64,000 bases of DNA from the human T2T-CHM13v2.0 reference genome, Homo sapiens: NCBI RefSeq assembly GCF_009914755.1, contig NC_060928.1; one strand, given 5' to 3'. Below are positions 14,024 to 29,871 of the stretch, piece by piece. Position 1 is the stretch's first letter, and every line of letters starts with the position of its first letter. The notes beneath the pieces are model-generated. The model did no database searches, was not told the origin of the DNA, and saw only the letters and a program-made list of their open reading frames with translations. Position numbers and translations under genes: made by a program.

Positions 14024-14074
<51 letters not shown>

Positions 14075-14083
14075 GAAAGAAAG

Positions 14084-14114
<31 letters not shown>

Positions 14115-14190
14115 GAAAAGAAAGAAAAAAGAAAAGAAAGGAAGGAAGGAAAGAAAAGAGAGAAAGACGGAGGGAGGAAGGAAGGAAGCT
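13887..14190. repeat. Compound (GGAA)/(GGGA)/(GAAA)n/(GAAAA)n microsatellite
   Basis: Direct reading. Confidence 0.95.
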
Positions 14191-14420
14191 AGCTAGCTTC
14201 TGGGATTTTGATTGAGACTGCATTGAACTCATAGATTAATTTGAGAACAACTGATATCTTCATAACATCAGGGGTTCCTCTCTCTGAATGGAATTGCTGT
14301 CCAGGGCTTTAAAAATTTATGGTAATAACATTTTATAACTTTCAATGGAGGTCTTGGACATCGTTAATTTGATTTATGCTTACATATTTGATATTTACTG
14401 GCACTACCATAGGTGGTATT

Positions 14421-14814
14421 TGCTATGGTTTAGGGGTGGTTTGTCCCCATCAAAACTCAGGTTGAAATTTAGTTCCCAATGTGGTGGTGTTTAGAGGTGG
14501 TGTCTTTAAGAGGTGATTAGGTCATTAAGGAGATTAATGCATTTCTCATGAGACCAAATTAGTTACCACAAGAGTGGGTTGTCATGAAGTGAGGTTGCCT
14601 CTTGTGTTTGGCCTCTTTGCACACGCCCCCTTCCCCTCCTGCTTCTCTGCCACGTTATGACAGAGCACGAGGTCCGCACAAGAAATTAACCAGATGCAGC
14701 CACTTGATCTTGGACCTCCCAACCTCCAGAATCATGAGCTAAACGAACCTCCTTGCTTTATAAATTACTGAGTCTTAGGTATTCTGTGATAGCAACACAA
14801 AATTGACTAAGACA
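14421..14814. mobile_element. MaLR solo LTR (MST/MLT1A-like) with 5-bp TSD GTATT
   Basis: tgctatggttt ... gatagcaacacaaaattgactaagaca; GTATT at 14416-14420 and 14815-14819. Confidence 0.85.
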
Positions 14815-15414
14815 GTATTTTGATTTCATTTCGCATTTATTTATTGCTGGCATACAGAAAGACCACTTATTTTTGTATATTGATGTTTCACCTAGTGACC
14901 TTGCTAAATCTACTTATTATTTCTAATAGTTTGAAGATGCTCCTGAGTTTCCTAGGTACTTGATCACGTTATCTACATAAAATGGCAGTTTTAGTCCTTC
15001 ATTTTTCCAATGCTGTGTAACTTCCTAATTTTCCTTTTATTTTTGCCTTATTGCACTTGCTGGGCCAGAAAACAATGTTAAATGGAGATAGTGAATAGTA
15101 GACATCTTCTTCCCAATCTCAGGGAAGTGTGCTGCAGTACACACACAACAGACAACACACACACAGAGATACGCACGGACGAAATCTGTTTCTATATCTA
15201 TCTGTGACCAGGTTAAGGAAATTCCCTCCTATTCCTAGTTTGCTAAGAGATGCTTTTCTTGTTCTGTTTTGTTTATTGCTAAGAGATGTTTTCACCATAA
15301 AATTGGTGTGAAATTTTTTCAAATGCTTTTCTTGAATCTTTCAAAATTATATGATTTTTCTTCCAATTTTTAAAATTAATGTGGCAAAACATCACTTTGA
15401 TTTCCATATGTTAA

Positions 15415-15757
<343 letters not shown>

Positions 15758-16709
15758 TGATATATCTTATTTATATATGGTTGGGTTTCATTTGTCTGTA
15801 TCTTTTTAAGGGTATTTGCATCTATGTTCATGAGAGATTGGTGTAGTTTTTGTTTCTTGTAATATCTTGGTCAGGTTTAAATGTCTAGATTATACTCTTA
15901 TTGAAAAACAAAAAAAAGAGTTAGGGCTGGGTATGGTGGCTCATGCCTGTAATCACAGCATTTTGGGAGGCCAAGGCAGTCAGATTGCTTGAGCCCAGGA
16001 GTTTGAGACCAGCTGGGGCAACACAGTAAAACCCTGTCTCTACAAAAAATACAAAAATTAGTTGGGCATGGTGGTGCATGCCTGTGGTCTCAGCTACTCA
16101 GGAGGCTGAGGTGGGAGGATCGCTTGAGCCTGGGAGGCAGAGATTGCAGTGAGTCTAGATTGTGCCACCACACTCCAGCCTGCATGACAAAGTGAGAGTT
16201 TGTTCAATAATTATAAAAAAAGTTAGAAAATGTCTTTTTTTCTATTCCCTGAAAGAATTTATATAAGATTTGTGTTATTTCTTCTTTAAATGTTTAGAAG
16301 AATACATAAGGAAAGCCATCTGTGTCTGATGTTTTCTCTGTGGGAAGGTTTTAAAATAATGAATTCAACTTCTTTAATAGATATTGGATTAAAAGGTTTT
16401 CTATTTCTTCTTCTGTTAGCTTTGATTAATTGCTTTTTTGAGGAATTTGTCCAATGCAAATTGTCAAATTTAGTGATATAAAGTTGTTTATAATATCCTC
16501 ATATCATTTTAATATCTGTAAGGTCTGTGGTGATGTCTCCTTTCCATCTATATTATTAGTAATTTATGTTTTATCTTTTTTCTCTTGAACTAGTCCAGCT
16601 TGGAATTTATCAATTTTATTAATCTTTTAAAATAACTAACTTTTGGGGCCTGGCATGATGGCTCACGCTTATAATCCCAGCACTTTGGGAGGCCAAGGTG
16701 GGCAGATCA

Positions 16710-16990
<281 letters not shown>

Positions 16991-17239
16991 TCATTGACAT
17001 CTGTTCTTATTTTTATTATTTCTTTTCTCCTGCTTTCTTGAGGTATGATAAACTTATTATTTCCTAGCTTCTTTAGACAAAATTTTATATAATTGAATTT
17101 CATCCTTTATTCTGTTCTAATTTATAGCATTTAGTGCTATAAATTTCCTTCAAAACACTGCTTAGGCCTCATCTTAATTTTCCTTTTTGTTTTTTTAGAA
17201 ATGAGGTCTTACTCTGTTGCTCAGACTGGAATACAGTGA

Positions 17240-17332
<93 letters not shown>

Positions 17333-18682
17333 TGATGCCCAACTAAGTTTTTTATTGTTGTTTTAATATGTTAAAGAAAATTAAAGGGGGCAAATTAGAT
17401 AAGAGGATGAAGAATTTAAACAGATAATTGGAATCAATACAAAAAGAAACAGCCAAGTGTGGTGGCTCACACCTGTAGTCCTAGCTACTCAGGAGGCTGA
17501 GGTGGGAGAATTGCCTCACTCAGGCTGGTCTCGAACTCCTGGGCTCAAGTGATCCTCCCACCTCAGCCTCCCAAAATGCTGAGATTACAGGAATGAGCCA
17601 TTGGGCCTGGCCACATGGATATATCATATCTCTATTATCATGTAGTTAAAACTATTTTTAAATTTTGGCCAGGCACAGTGGCTCATGCCCAACAGTTTGG
17701 AAGGCCAAGGCAGGCAGATGGCTCGAGCACAGGAGTTCAAAACCAGCCTGGGCAACATAGTGTGATCCCATCTATATTACAAAAGAAAAAAAAAGAAAAA
17801 TTTCCATTGACTTCTGCAATGAACAAGGAATTATTTAGAAGTGTTTTGGGGCCGGGCGCGGTGGCTCACGCCTGTAATCATAGCACTTTGGGAGGCCGAG
17901 GCAGGTGGATCACGAGGTCAGGAGATTGAGACCATCCCGGCTAACATGGTGAAACCCCGTCACTACTAAAAATACAAAAAATTAGCCGGGCGTGGTGGCG
18001 GGCGCCTGTAGTCCCAGCTACTCGGGAGGCTGAGGCAGGAGAATGGCATGAACCCAGGAGGCGGAGCTTGCAGTGAGCGAGATCGCGCCACTGCGCTCCA
18101 GCCTGGGCGACAGAGCGAGACTCTGCCTCAAAAAAAAAAAAAAAAAAAAAAAGAAGTGTTTTGGGCCAGGTACAGTGGCTCACACCTATAATCCCGGCAC
18201 TTTGGGAGGCCAAGGCGGGCAGATCACTTGAGACCAGGAGTTCGAGACCAGCCTGGCCAACATGGTGAAACCCCGTTTCTACTAAAGATACAAAAATTAG
18301 CCAGGCATGGAGGCGCATGCCTATGGTTCTAGCTACTCAGGAGGCTGAGGCACGAGAATCGCTTGAACTCAGGAAGCGGAGGTTGCAGTGAGCCAAGATC
18401 ATGCGAACTGCACTCCAGCCTGGGTGACAGAGTAAGACTCTGTCTCAAATAAATAAATAAATAGAAGTGTTTTGCCTAATTTATCATGTAATTGGGGATT
18501 TTTCCAGGTTTTTCCAGGTTTTTTTTTTTTTTTGATACCTGGCTCACTAAAGTCAGAGTACATATTATGAATACTTTCTGTCTTTGAGGTTCACTGTGGG
18601 TTTCTTTACGGTCTGTCATATAATCAATTCTGATAAATGGTCCACATGCTTTTTTTTTTAATTAATTAATTTATTTATTTAG

Positions 18683-19049
<367 letters not shown>

Positions 19050-20345
19050 TGAGGTCAGGAGTTCAGGACCAGCCTGGCCAAAATGGTGAAACCCAGTCTG
19101 TACTGAAAATACAAAAATTAGCCAGGCAGTAGTGGCACGTGCCTGTAATCAGGAGAATTGCTTGAGCCTGGGTTGCAATTCAGAGGTTGCAATGAGCCGA
19201 GATCGCACCACTGCACTCCAGCCTGGGCGACAGAGTGAGACTCTGTCTCAAAAAAAAAAAAAAAAAAAGAACGTGAATTCTGGCAATTGTTGGATGTAAC
19301 TTATACATGTAAGTCAGGTCAAGTTTATTAGTTTTGTTATTGAGATTTCTTACATTCTCAAGGGTTTTCCTGTTAGTTCCATCAGTTATAGAGAGGTAAA
19401 TTAAAGTATCCTGCTGGTTTTGGATTTGTCTATTCCACCTTATATTTCTGTTATTTGCTTTACATAAGTTTTACAGCTATGTTATTCAGCCCATATATAC
19501 AGATTTGGGATTGTGACATCTTCCTACTGAATTGCCTGTTTATCAGCATGAAATATTTCTCTTTATCTGTAGTAATCTTTCTTGCCTTAAAGTTTACTTT
19601 GATAAATATAACTACAACAACTTTCTTTGGGTGGTGTCTGCATGGTTTATGTTGTCTATTTACTCTCAACCTTGTTCACGTACTTGTGTCAGGACTGGGT
19701 CTCTCGTCAGCCAAGTACAGCTGTTGTTGCTGCTGTTTCAACCCAGACTGGTAATCTTGGTTTTACACTTAGAATATTTAGTCCATTTGTATTTAATGTA
19801 ATCACTGATGTGGTTGGGTTTGTATCTTTCATCTTACTATTTTTTTCTATTTGGTCCATTTGTTGTATCTTCTCTTTCTCTGCTCTTACCTTATTTTGGA
19901 TGTTTTTCCTTCTATGAATTTGCTAGTTATTCATCTTTATTATTTTAGTGTTATCCTAATATTGTAATAGTGATCCTTGACTGATCACATTCTAATATAA
20001 ATAATTTATTCAATCACATTTCCAGTACAACTTTAAAATTCCATTTACCCCTTTCTGTCTTTTCTGCTACTTGTATATCATGAATTTTAGTACTATGTAC
20101 AATTTAAACTCCACAGACACTATAATTATTTTGTACAGTTAATATTCACTTATATTAACCCACATCATGTTCTTCAGTCTCTCTTGCATTACTTTTTTTA
20201 AGACAGGGCCTCACTGTCATCCAAGCTGGAGTGCAGTGGCACAATCATAGCTCACTGCAACCTCAAACTCCTGGGCTCAAATGATCCTCCCACCTTAGCC
20301 TCCTGAGTAAGATGGAACTACAGGCATGCCACCATGCCCAGCTAA

Positions 20346-20480
<135 letters not shown>

Positions 20481-21597
20481 TAGCATTTCTACATTTCCAT
20501 CTGATACAATTTTTTTTTCTGAAGAACTCCAATTAATTGTTTTATGTGCAGGTTGCTGATAACAAATTCCTTCAGTTCTATGTTTTGGAATAATTCATGA
20601 AGGCAAAATATCACCTTCATTTTTGAAGGATATTATTGCTGGTTATAAAATGCTGGTTGTCAGCTATTTTCCTTCAGCAGTTTTTTTTGTTTTGTTTTCT
20701 TTTTGAAACAGAGTCTCACTCTGTTGCCCAGGCTAGAAAGCGGTGGCGTGATCTCTGCTCACTGCAACTTCCGCCTCCCAGGTTCAAGTGATTCTCGTGT
20801 CTCAGCTGGGATTACAGGCGCCCGCCACCACGCCTGGCTGATTTTTGAATTTTTAGTAGAGACGAGGTTTCACCATGTCGGCCAGGCTGGTCTCCAACTC
20901 CTGGCTCAAGTGATCCTCCCGCTTCAGCCTCCCAAAGTGCTGGGATCACAGGCGGGAGCCACTGTGCCCAACCTCCTTCGGCAGTTTAAATATACGTTAT
21001 TTCACTGCTTGTCAGCTTCCATTGTTTCTGTTCATTTGTTGAGAAGACAGCTATCCATCTTATGTTCGTTTCAAAGTAGTATGTCCTTTTTCTCTTGCTG
21101 CTTGTCAAATTTTTTGTCTTTGTTTTTGGCAATTTCACTATGATATAACCAGGTATGCTGGTTGGTTTTTTGTTTGTAGTTTTCTTGCTGAATCTGTGGC
21201 TAGAGATTTTTGTCTTTTGGAATTTGGGGAAATGTTTAGCCATGACTTCTTTGAATATTACTTCTGCCCCTTCTCTCTTTTCTCTCTTTCTGGGATTCCA
21301 ATTATGTTTTTTAGGCCTTTTGAGTTTGTTACACGTGTCTCTTATGCTCTATTCTGGTTTTCTATTGTTGTTTCTTGTTGTTTTTCCCCTCTTTTTTCCT
21401 GCCCGAGCTTCAGTTTGGGTCTCTTCTATTAAGCTATCCTCAAGCTGACTACTTCTGTGTTCTGCTGGGTCCGATCTGCTATTAAACCCATCTACTGCGT
21501 CCTTATTGTCAAATTGTGAATTTTCTTAGCTTTAGAATGTCATTTTTTTCTTCCTTCCTTCCTTTCCTTTTTTTCCTTCCCCTTTCTTTCTTTCTTT

Positions 21598-21907
21598 AGA
21601 GATGGAGTCTTGCTATGTTGTCCTGGCTGGAGTGCAGTGGCTATCACACTGCACTGTAATGGTGCAATCCCACTACTGATCAGCATGGGAGTTTTGACCT
21701 ACTCCATTTCTGACCTGGGCAGGTTCACCACTCCTTAAGCAACCTGGTGGTTCCCTGCTACAGGAGGTCACCATATTGATGCCAAAGTTTAGTGCAGACA
21801 CCTGATCAGCATAGCACACTAGGATTTAGAACTCCTGGGCTCAAGTGACCCTCCGGCCTCAGCCTCCTGAGCAGCTGGGACTACAGGTGCATGCCACCAC
21901 ACTTGGT
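21598..21907 (-). pseudogene. RN7SL589P: Full-length 7SL (SRP) RNA pseudogene
   Basis: Alu-like ends plus the 7SL S-domain absent from Alus (ctgatcagcatgggagttttgacc...gacctgggcaggttcaccactccttaagcaacctggtgg...ggaggtcaccatattgatgcc). Degenerate T-rich tail at about 21545-21597. The symbol number is recalled and unverified. Confidence 0.85.
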
Positions 21908-22134
21908 TGTGTCTCTCTGTATAGATTCCAATTCTCTGTTAAATTCTCTATCCTCTTATCTAATTTGCCCCCTTCTATTTTCTTTAACATGTTAATCAGC
22001 ACTGTGTTCACATTCTTGGGAGTAGTTATCTGGATCATCAGAACTCTGCATCCACTTTCTGGCTCTTCTCTCAACTATCAGATATATTTTCTTGTCTCTC
22101 TTTTTTTTTTTTGAGATGGAGTCTCGCTCTGTAG

Positions 22135-22299
<165 letters not shown>

Positions 22300-22302
22300 T
22301 AG

Positions 22303-23354
<1,052 letters not shown>

Positions 23355-25196
23355 TAAGCACCTGGAAACTGCAGGAAGCCTGTTGTCAGGGGGCTTTCTG
23401 CCTGGATTTCCTGCTTCCCCAGGACTGGCAGGCGTGCTGCTTGAATGCCCCCAAGCTGCCAGCCTGTTTCACCAGCCCTTGATTAGATGTTCTTTCCCCA
23501 GCAGAGCTTCTCTGCCTGGGAAGCCTGGGCCCTGGACAAGCCTGGAATCATCAAATCTTCCCTGGGGAAGAACAGCCAAGTAGACTGCAGCTCACCTCCA
23601 AAGGCTCCCTTCCCCAGGCTCTTAGTTCACCCAGTCCTTACTTCCACAGTTCAGGTACCTTTAAAAGCAGGATCTTTTGGCTGGGCGCAGTGGCTCACGC
23701 CTGTAATCCCAGCACTTTGGGAGGCCGAGGCGGGCGGATCACCTGAGGTCAGGAGTTCAAGACCAGCCTGACCAGCATGGTGAAACCCCGTCTCTACTAA
23801 AAATATAAAAATTAGCCGGGCATGGTGGCGTACACCCGTAATCCCAGCTACTCAGGAGGCTGAGGCAGGAGAATCTCTTGAACTTGGAGGCGGAGACTGC
23901 AGTGAGCTGAGATCACACCACTACACGTGGACAGTAACGGATAAGTCCTCAAACCCTGACGCTGGAGGAGATGCAGGCTCATCTGTGGATTCTCACTGTT
24001 TTCCCTGGGTGGGCGGGAGGCACAAGCAGCAGTTCCATCGGGGCGGCAGGGCCAGCCTGTGGGTGCACACCTGGGTCCCCGCTGCCTTACCCATGGGTGA
24101 GGTTCCCACATCAGGGCCCCTGGGTGGGCAGCAGAGGCACGTTCCACCCACACAGCTTTCTGCAAGGTGAGGTGACTCATACCTGTAATCCCAACCCTTT
24201 GGAAGACCGAGGCCGGAGGAAAGCTTAAGCCTAGGAGTTCAAGACCAGCCTGGGCCACATGGCGAGACCCCATCTTTACAAGAAAATTGTTTTTAATTAG
24301 CTGGGCATGGTGGTCCACCTGTAATCCTAGCATTAATCCCTCGACAGCATTCTGCCTCCAGCCCGTTCAGCTTCATCCTCCTCTCCATCACCCATGCAGG
24401 CCAAGGGCAGATATGCTCCCAGGACGTCCACTCCACTCCTGTGTGGCCGGTGCCCCCTTCCAGCCCCACACTGCCCAGGAGGCTCCTTCTCCAGCCACGG
24501 CCCGGCACCTGCGCCACCTTTCCTGTAAGACCCCCATATGTGGGGCAGGGGGTGCATGTGCCTTCCTGGTGTAGGTGGCATCTGTCTCCTCTCCTCACTG
24601 TGGTCTCCTCCACGTCACCCAAGGAAGGATGAGACTGCAACCTCCAGGTCCAGGGCTCACATCCCCCCAAGCAGGAGGAAAGCAGCGACAGCCATCTCCC
24701 AGATGAAACATGGACTGAACCAAGCACCCCTGCCCCTGAACCCACTGACGCCAAGGACCACCTGCCAAGGCCCCAAGAGCTCACAACCCCATCTGCAAGG
24801 GTGACGAGGACCCCATAGCCCACGGGGTCACTTTTCACTGTCTGGACTCACAGCACCTCTGGCCCTCATGGGGCAGAGTTCTAGGCTTCTGGGTCCCCGA
24901 AGGAAACCTGGTTGCAGTGATCAGGGGCCGTGGTAGGAAATACCAAGCTGTCCCAGGCCACAGAGCCAGGGTGGCACATGGAGGACATGTGCCATGGGCT
25001 TCACGTGGCCCCCGTCCCTCCAGGAAGCCACGGCTGGGCTCTGTCGGCTCAGGCCACCCAGCAAAGCCCTTGGCCCATATGAAGGAAAGGCGTCGTGTTT
25101 TAAAAGGGGGTCTCCCATGTGGACACAGACGTAAACCAGTAACTAAAGACAAAGGGCACAGGTGGAGCACCAAGACTCCAACAGAAGCAAGCGCTT

Positions 25197-25285
25197 TGGG
25201 GACGGTGGGGACGGTGGGGATGGTGGGGATGGTGGGGACGGTGGGGACGGTGGGGATGGTGGGGACAATGGGAATGGTGGGGACA
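25197..25285. repeat. 9-bp tandem repeat GGGGA(C/T)GGT, about 10 copies
   Basis: Direct reading. Confidence 0.9.
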
Positions 25286-25572
25286 GCAGGACACTTAGCT
25301 GTTGCTGTACCATGTCAGGAAGTGTGAGGTTCACTCCCCCAGCTCAGCCCAAGAGAGCGCCCACCCCGTGCGATGCCCAGGCAGGGGCAAAAGCCAGGAC
25401 TCTGTGACCCCCATGGGTCGTTTGTGACCCCTCCCTAGGGAATATTAACCAGCCCATCCTTCCTCACAGAGAGGAGGAGGACCTGGAGGCGGCGGCTAAA
25501 CATGACTTCAGCGCCCACCTGTGGCCCTCCTGTCCCCCTCCCCTCCCCCACCTCCTCTAGCTCCATCCCCAC

Positions 25573-25674
25573 CTTATTTTCCGCAGCAACGTGTGGAAGG
25601 GCCGGAACAGCTCGGACATGTCTTCCACCTTGCGGTCCAAGTTCAGAGGTCCGTCCGCATAGACCACGAGGCCA
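25573..25674 (-). CDS. ZFYVE28: ZFYVE28 coding exon 7 (102 nt, phase 2-2): (C)[33 protein letters not shown]
   Basis: Acceptor aaatgcag|T and donor AG|gtgggg. Contained in ORF 25557..25814. Confidence 0.95.
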
Positions 25675-27999
25675 CTGCATTTGAGACACAAAAGCCAGGA
25701 TGTCAGGCCCTGTGGCCCCCCTGGGTGCCGCGGACGGCCCAACTTAACCACCTGCGAAAACCACGCCCGCTGGGACTCTGCAGCGCCACTGTCCCAGCAC
25801 GGCCGCCGCCTCATGCTTTGCCTTGTGTGATTGCATTGTAAATAAGTTTAGAAAAAAGCAGTGAGAATTATTACCCAGACTTCATCCTCTTTTGCAGTTG
25901 ATTAGCTTGTGTTCATTGGAGGGGTCATAAAGTAATCAGAAAAGTGTATCTGCACACATCAGTGCTGCAATCAGATAAATTAGCCTCAAGGTTTGTTACC
26001 AAAATCTACCTTCTTGCAAGTAATAAAAACTGGATTTGTGGTTAAATTTATCTGCAGAGCTTTATGAGAACTGGACCTGGAACCATCTTCTCCAAAAGCA
26101 AAACCAGCTGGAGGTGCGAGCTGAGGCCCGCACGGGTTCCCTTCCTGCAGCCTGGCCAACGCTCCACAAGCCACGAGACCAAAGCAGCCTCCCCTCATCC
26201 CCCACACAGGACCCACCTCCCTTGTGGTGCCCACCATGCCCCGAGAAGCTCCCCTCCCCAGGACTGGGGCCGCATGTGGCTGAGGCCGGCTTTCCTCACT
26301 GTCCCTCCCCCAGAGTCCGGCTCAAAGCCTGCTGAAGGACAAGCTTCCCAGATGCCACCTCCAGTGGCACCCACTCCTCTCCACGCACCGTCCAGCCCTG
26401 CCCAGCTCTGAGTGTGCCTTGATCATCCATGTCTCAGCCCGTCTCTCCTTGAGGGCACCCATCCCAGAGGACCTTCTCTGGGTGCCTCCTCCTGGGTCTC
26501 TTGGGACCAGACCATGTCTCAGGTGCCTGGGGAGCATCCACCCACGAATTCGTCCCCTGTCCCTCATCATATTCTTCCTCATCAGAGCACAGACAAGGGC
26601 CATGTGGGCCTGTCTGTGTAAATGGAGCACCACCGGCCTGTCTCTTTCAGCAGACGTGACACCAGGGTTAGGTCCAGCCAACACCGAGTCCCTGGGAGCA
26701 CAGGGACAGTCTCCTTGTCTAACACACCCAGCTCAGTGAGAAAGGCTGATGAACAGAATTGAACAAAGGGAATGTTTTTCCCTAAAAATCGTTGGGTTTC
26801 ATGTGCAAAAAGAAGATTTGAAAGTCACAGGAAAAGTATGTGCAGTGCTGCCTCCGGGGCCCCTGTGGAGTGGCCAGCTCAGCTGGGCAGGGGGCTGTGT
26901 CTTGACCACCTGTGGGTGAGGGGACAGCACAACCAGCCTTCCATTCTGCTTGGTCTCCTTTGTGGCTCTTACATGAGCTGCCTGTCCTGATTGAACGAAC
27001 AGTATTCAGGGGACAATTACCCAAATAGAGCCTTAACTTTATGGGTGAATCAGGCAGTCTCAGGACAAAGGCAGAGTGAAACAGAGCAGGGAAGGGGGCA
27101 GCCCTGACTCCAGTGGCCAAGCCTCAGGGAAGCCATCCACAACCACAGTAGAGCTCCCTCCCCTGCTGAGCATAGGACTCAGTCCCGCAATGACCTGTGT
27201 ACCCAACGTCTGCCCCTCTGGAAACCTCGCTCCTGCCTGTGCCGGGCAGCAGCGTGGCCGAGGGAGGACCCAGCTGCCCCCCAGGGCAGTCAGCAGGAGT
27301 GGGGGGACAAGGCCCACCCATGAGAGCTGCTGGCCCAGGACCTCAGAAAAGAACTCGTTCATCAGGAGGCTCAGACCCCAAGGCTGCTGCGCCACTTCCT
27401 CCTGGGAGCCTGCGGGGACCCAAGACCCCCTGGGCTGTGTCCCCACATCCAGCCGTGTGTTAGCTTTCGCGTGCTGGACGCAGGGCCGTGCACTCCACAG
27501 TGGCTGAGCCCTGCTGCTCAGCAGCTCTGCAGGTGCCCGAACGACAGAGAGAAGGCCCGTGGGACAGGAGATCAGGCCCAGGTGCTGAAGTAACGGGGTG
27601 TGGGGGCCAGAGGTGGGGAGCGGCCCCCGGGCGGCTGCCAGAGACTCAGCATTTGTCTCTGCACCTGGCCTGGCACTTGCAGGAATCCGGCTGAAGAGGC
27701 TCAGAATGAGGCCTGGGAATGAGCTATTGCCAGAAACGGTGGGTCCAATGCAGCCGCTGCCCATGGCTACAGCCCGACAGGCCACCCAGGCCTGCGTCCA
27801 TGCTGCCATGAGCAGGGGTAAGCAGCACCCACTGGTGAGCCTGGCAGGCTGGATCCTGGGGTCTCGGTGTGGCCAGGGGTGTGGGGGCACTGTGAGGGGC
27901 TTGGCCCAGGTCCAGCTAAGGTGAGCAGGAGAGAGGACGCCCCGCACAGTGGAGAAAGCTGGGCCCTGCTGGAAGTGGGGGTGGCCAGTCTTCCCTTTT

Positions 28000-28926
28000 C
28001 TTTTTTCAAATAAATTCATATAACGAACAACTGTTTTAAAGGGTATGATTCTGAGGCATTTTCTGCATTCACGGTGCTGTGCACCCATCACCTCTCTAGT
28101 TTCAAAAGGTTTTTATCACCCCAGAAAACACCCTTTTAATAATCACCACTGACTTCCTCACCTCAGCCACTGGCAATCCCTCATCTGCTTTCTGTCTCTA
28201 TGAATTGGCCTATTCTGGGTGTTTCATATAAATGGAATCACATAATACGTGACCTTTGTGACCGCTTTTCACTTTGCACCACGTTTTCAAGGCTCACCAT
28301 GCTGTGGCACGTGGCGAATGTTCCCGCGCATACATTTCTTCATTCACCCACGGGTGGAAGTTTGGATTGTTTCTGCCTTTGGGCTATTATGAATAATGCT
28401 GCCATAAACATTCGTGTAGAAGTTTGTTCACGGACATATGTTTTCATTTCTCTTGGGTATATGCCTAGAAGGGTATGTGGTATGACCATATGGATCATAT
28501 AATTCTATGTTTAACTTTTTAAGGAACCACCAACTGTTTTCTGTAGCAGCTGTGGCATTTTACACTCCTGCCAGCAATCCAAGGGTTCTGACTTCTCCAC
28601 GCTCTCCCCACGTATTCTTTTCCATTTTTTTGATTACAGCCATCCTGGTGGGTGTGAAGTGGCATCTCATCATGGTTTTGACTTGCATTTCCTTAGTAAC
28701 CAACGATGTGGAGCATCTTTTCATGTGCCTGTTGGCCATGTGTATATCTTCTTAGAAGAAATGTCTATTCAAGTCTTTCCTCATTTTTAAATTGGGTTGT
28801 TTGTCGATTTGTTGTTGAGTTGTAAGGGTTCTTTATATGTTCTGGACATTAAATCTTCATCAGATATATGATTTGCAAATATTCTTTAGGTTGTCTTTTC
28901 ATTTTCTTTATAATGTCCTCTGATGC
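28000..28926 (-). mobile_element. L1MB-type 3' region, continuing at 29369-29465 and 34155-34745
   Basis: gtttcatataaatggaatcacataata, gtgtgaagtggcatctcatcatggttttg, gaaatgtctattcaagtc. This element hosts the L1PA and MLT2 insertions. Confidence 0.75.
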
Positions 28927-28938
28927 ATCACAATTTTT

Positions 28939-29356
28939 TTTTCTTATTTATTTTTTATTATTATACTTTAAGTTTTAGGGTACATGTGCACATTGTGCAG
29001 GTTAGTTACATATGTATACATGTGCCATGCTGGTGCGCTGCACCCATTAACTCGTCATCTAGCATTAGGTATATCTCCCAATGCTATCCCTCCCCCCTCC
29101 CCCCACCCCACAACAGTCCCCAGAGTGTGATGTTCCCCTTCCTGTGTCCATGTGATCTCATTGTTCAATTCCCACCTATGAGTGAGAATATGCGGTGTTT
29201 GGTTTTTTGTTCTTAAGATAGTTTACTGAGAATGATGGTTTCCAATTTCATCCATTTCCCTACAAAGGACATGAACTCATCATTTTTTATGGCTGCATAG
29301 TATTCCATGGTGTATATGTGCCACATTTTCTTAATCCAGTCTATCATTGTTGGACA
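28939..29356 (-). mobile_element. Young 5'-truncated L1PA2/3-like 3' end with TSD atcacaattttt
   Basis: Near-consensus L1PA 3'UTR with the GAG (non-Ta) diagnostic. TSD copies at 28927-28938 and 29357-29368. Confidence 0.9.
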
Positions 29357-29465
29357 ATCACAATTTTTAATTTTGATGAAGTCCAGTTTCTCTTTTTATC
29401 TTTTTGTGGTGGTGCTTTTGATGTCAAATCCATTGCAAAATCTGAGAACAGGAAGATTTACCCTC

Positions 29466-29766
29466 TGTATCAAAGTTCTCTAGAGAAACAGAACAAGAGA
29501 GCAATATTTATTTTAAGGAATTGTTTCATGCAATTGTGGGGGCTGGAAAGTCCAAATTCTGCTGGGAACCCGGAGAAGAGTTGACATGGCAGCTCCAATC
29601 CAAGGAGTCTGGAAGCCGGATTCCCCCTTACTTGCGGATCTCAGTCTATTTCTCTCAGGGCCTTCCATTAATTGGATGAGGCCCACCCACATCACGGAGG
29701 GTCGTCAGCTGTACTCAGAGTCTACTGATTTAAATGCTAATCTCATCTTTAAAATACCTCACAGCA
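29466..29766 (+). mobile_element. MLT2-like (ERVL) LTR, left part, interrupted by the SPIC/L1 insertion; strand as read against the recalled consensus
   Basis: Motifs ttctctagagaaacagaac, gattggatgaggcccacccacat (here aattggatgagg...), tctactgatttaaatgctaatctcatc. Confidence 0.75.
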
Positions 29767-29871
29767 GGGTGGTGCTGACGTGCGTTTCAGAGGACAGGGA
29801 AGGTTATATCCACATCGTACAGCGGATGCTACACTGGACACGGATGGGTAGAATCATCCATTCAGTGAAGC

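Noticed and set aside
13682-14232. Lys/Arg/Glu-rich and Phe/Leu/Ser-rich ORFs
   Set aside because: Microsatellite translations.
27060-28091. 343-aa minus-strand ORF
   Set aside because: Starts in an L1 3' remnant, has composition typical of random GC-rich sequence and shows no recognisable domain.
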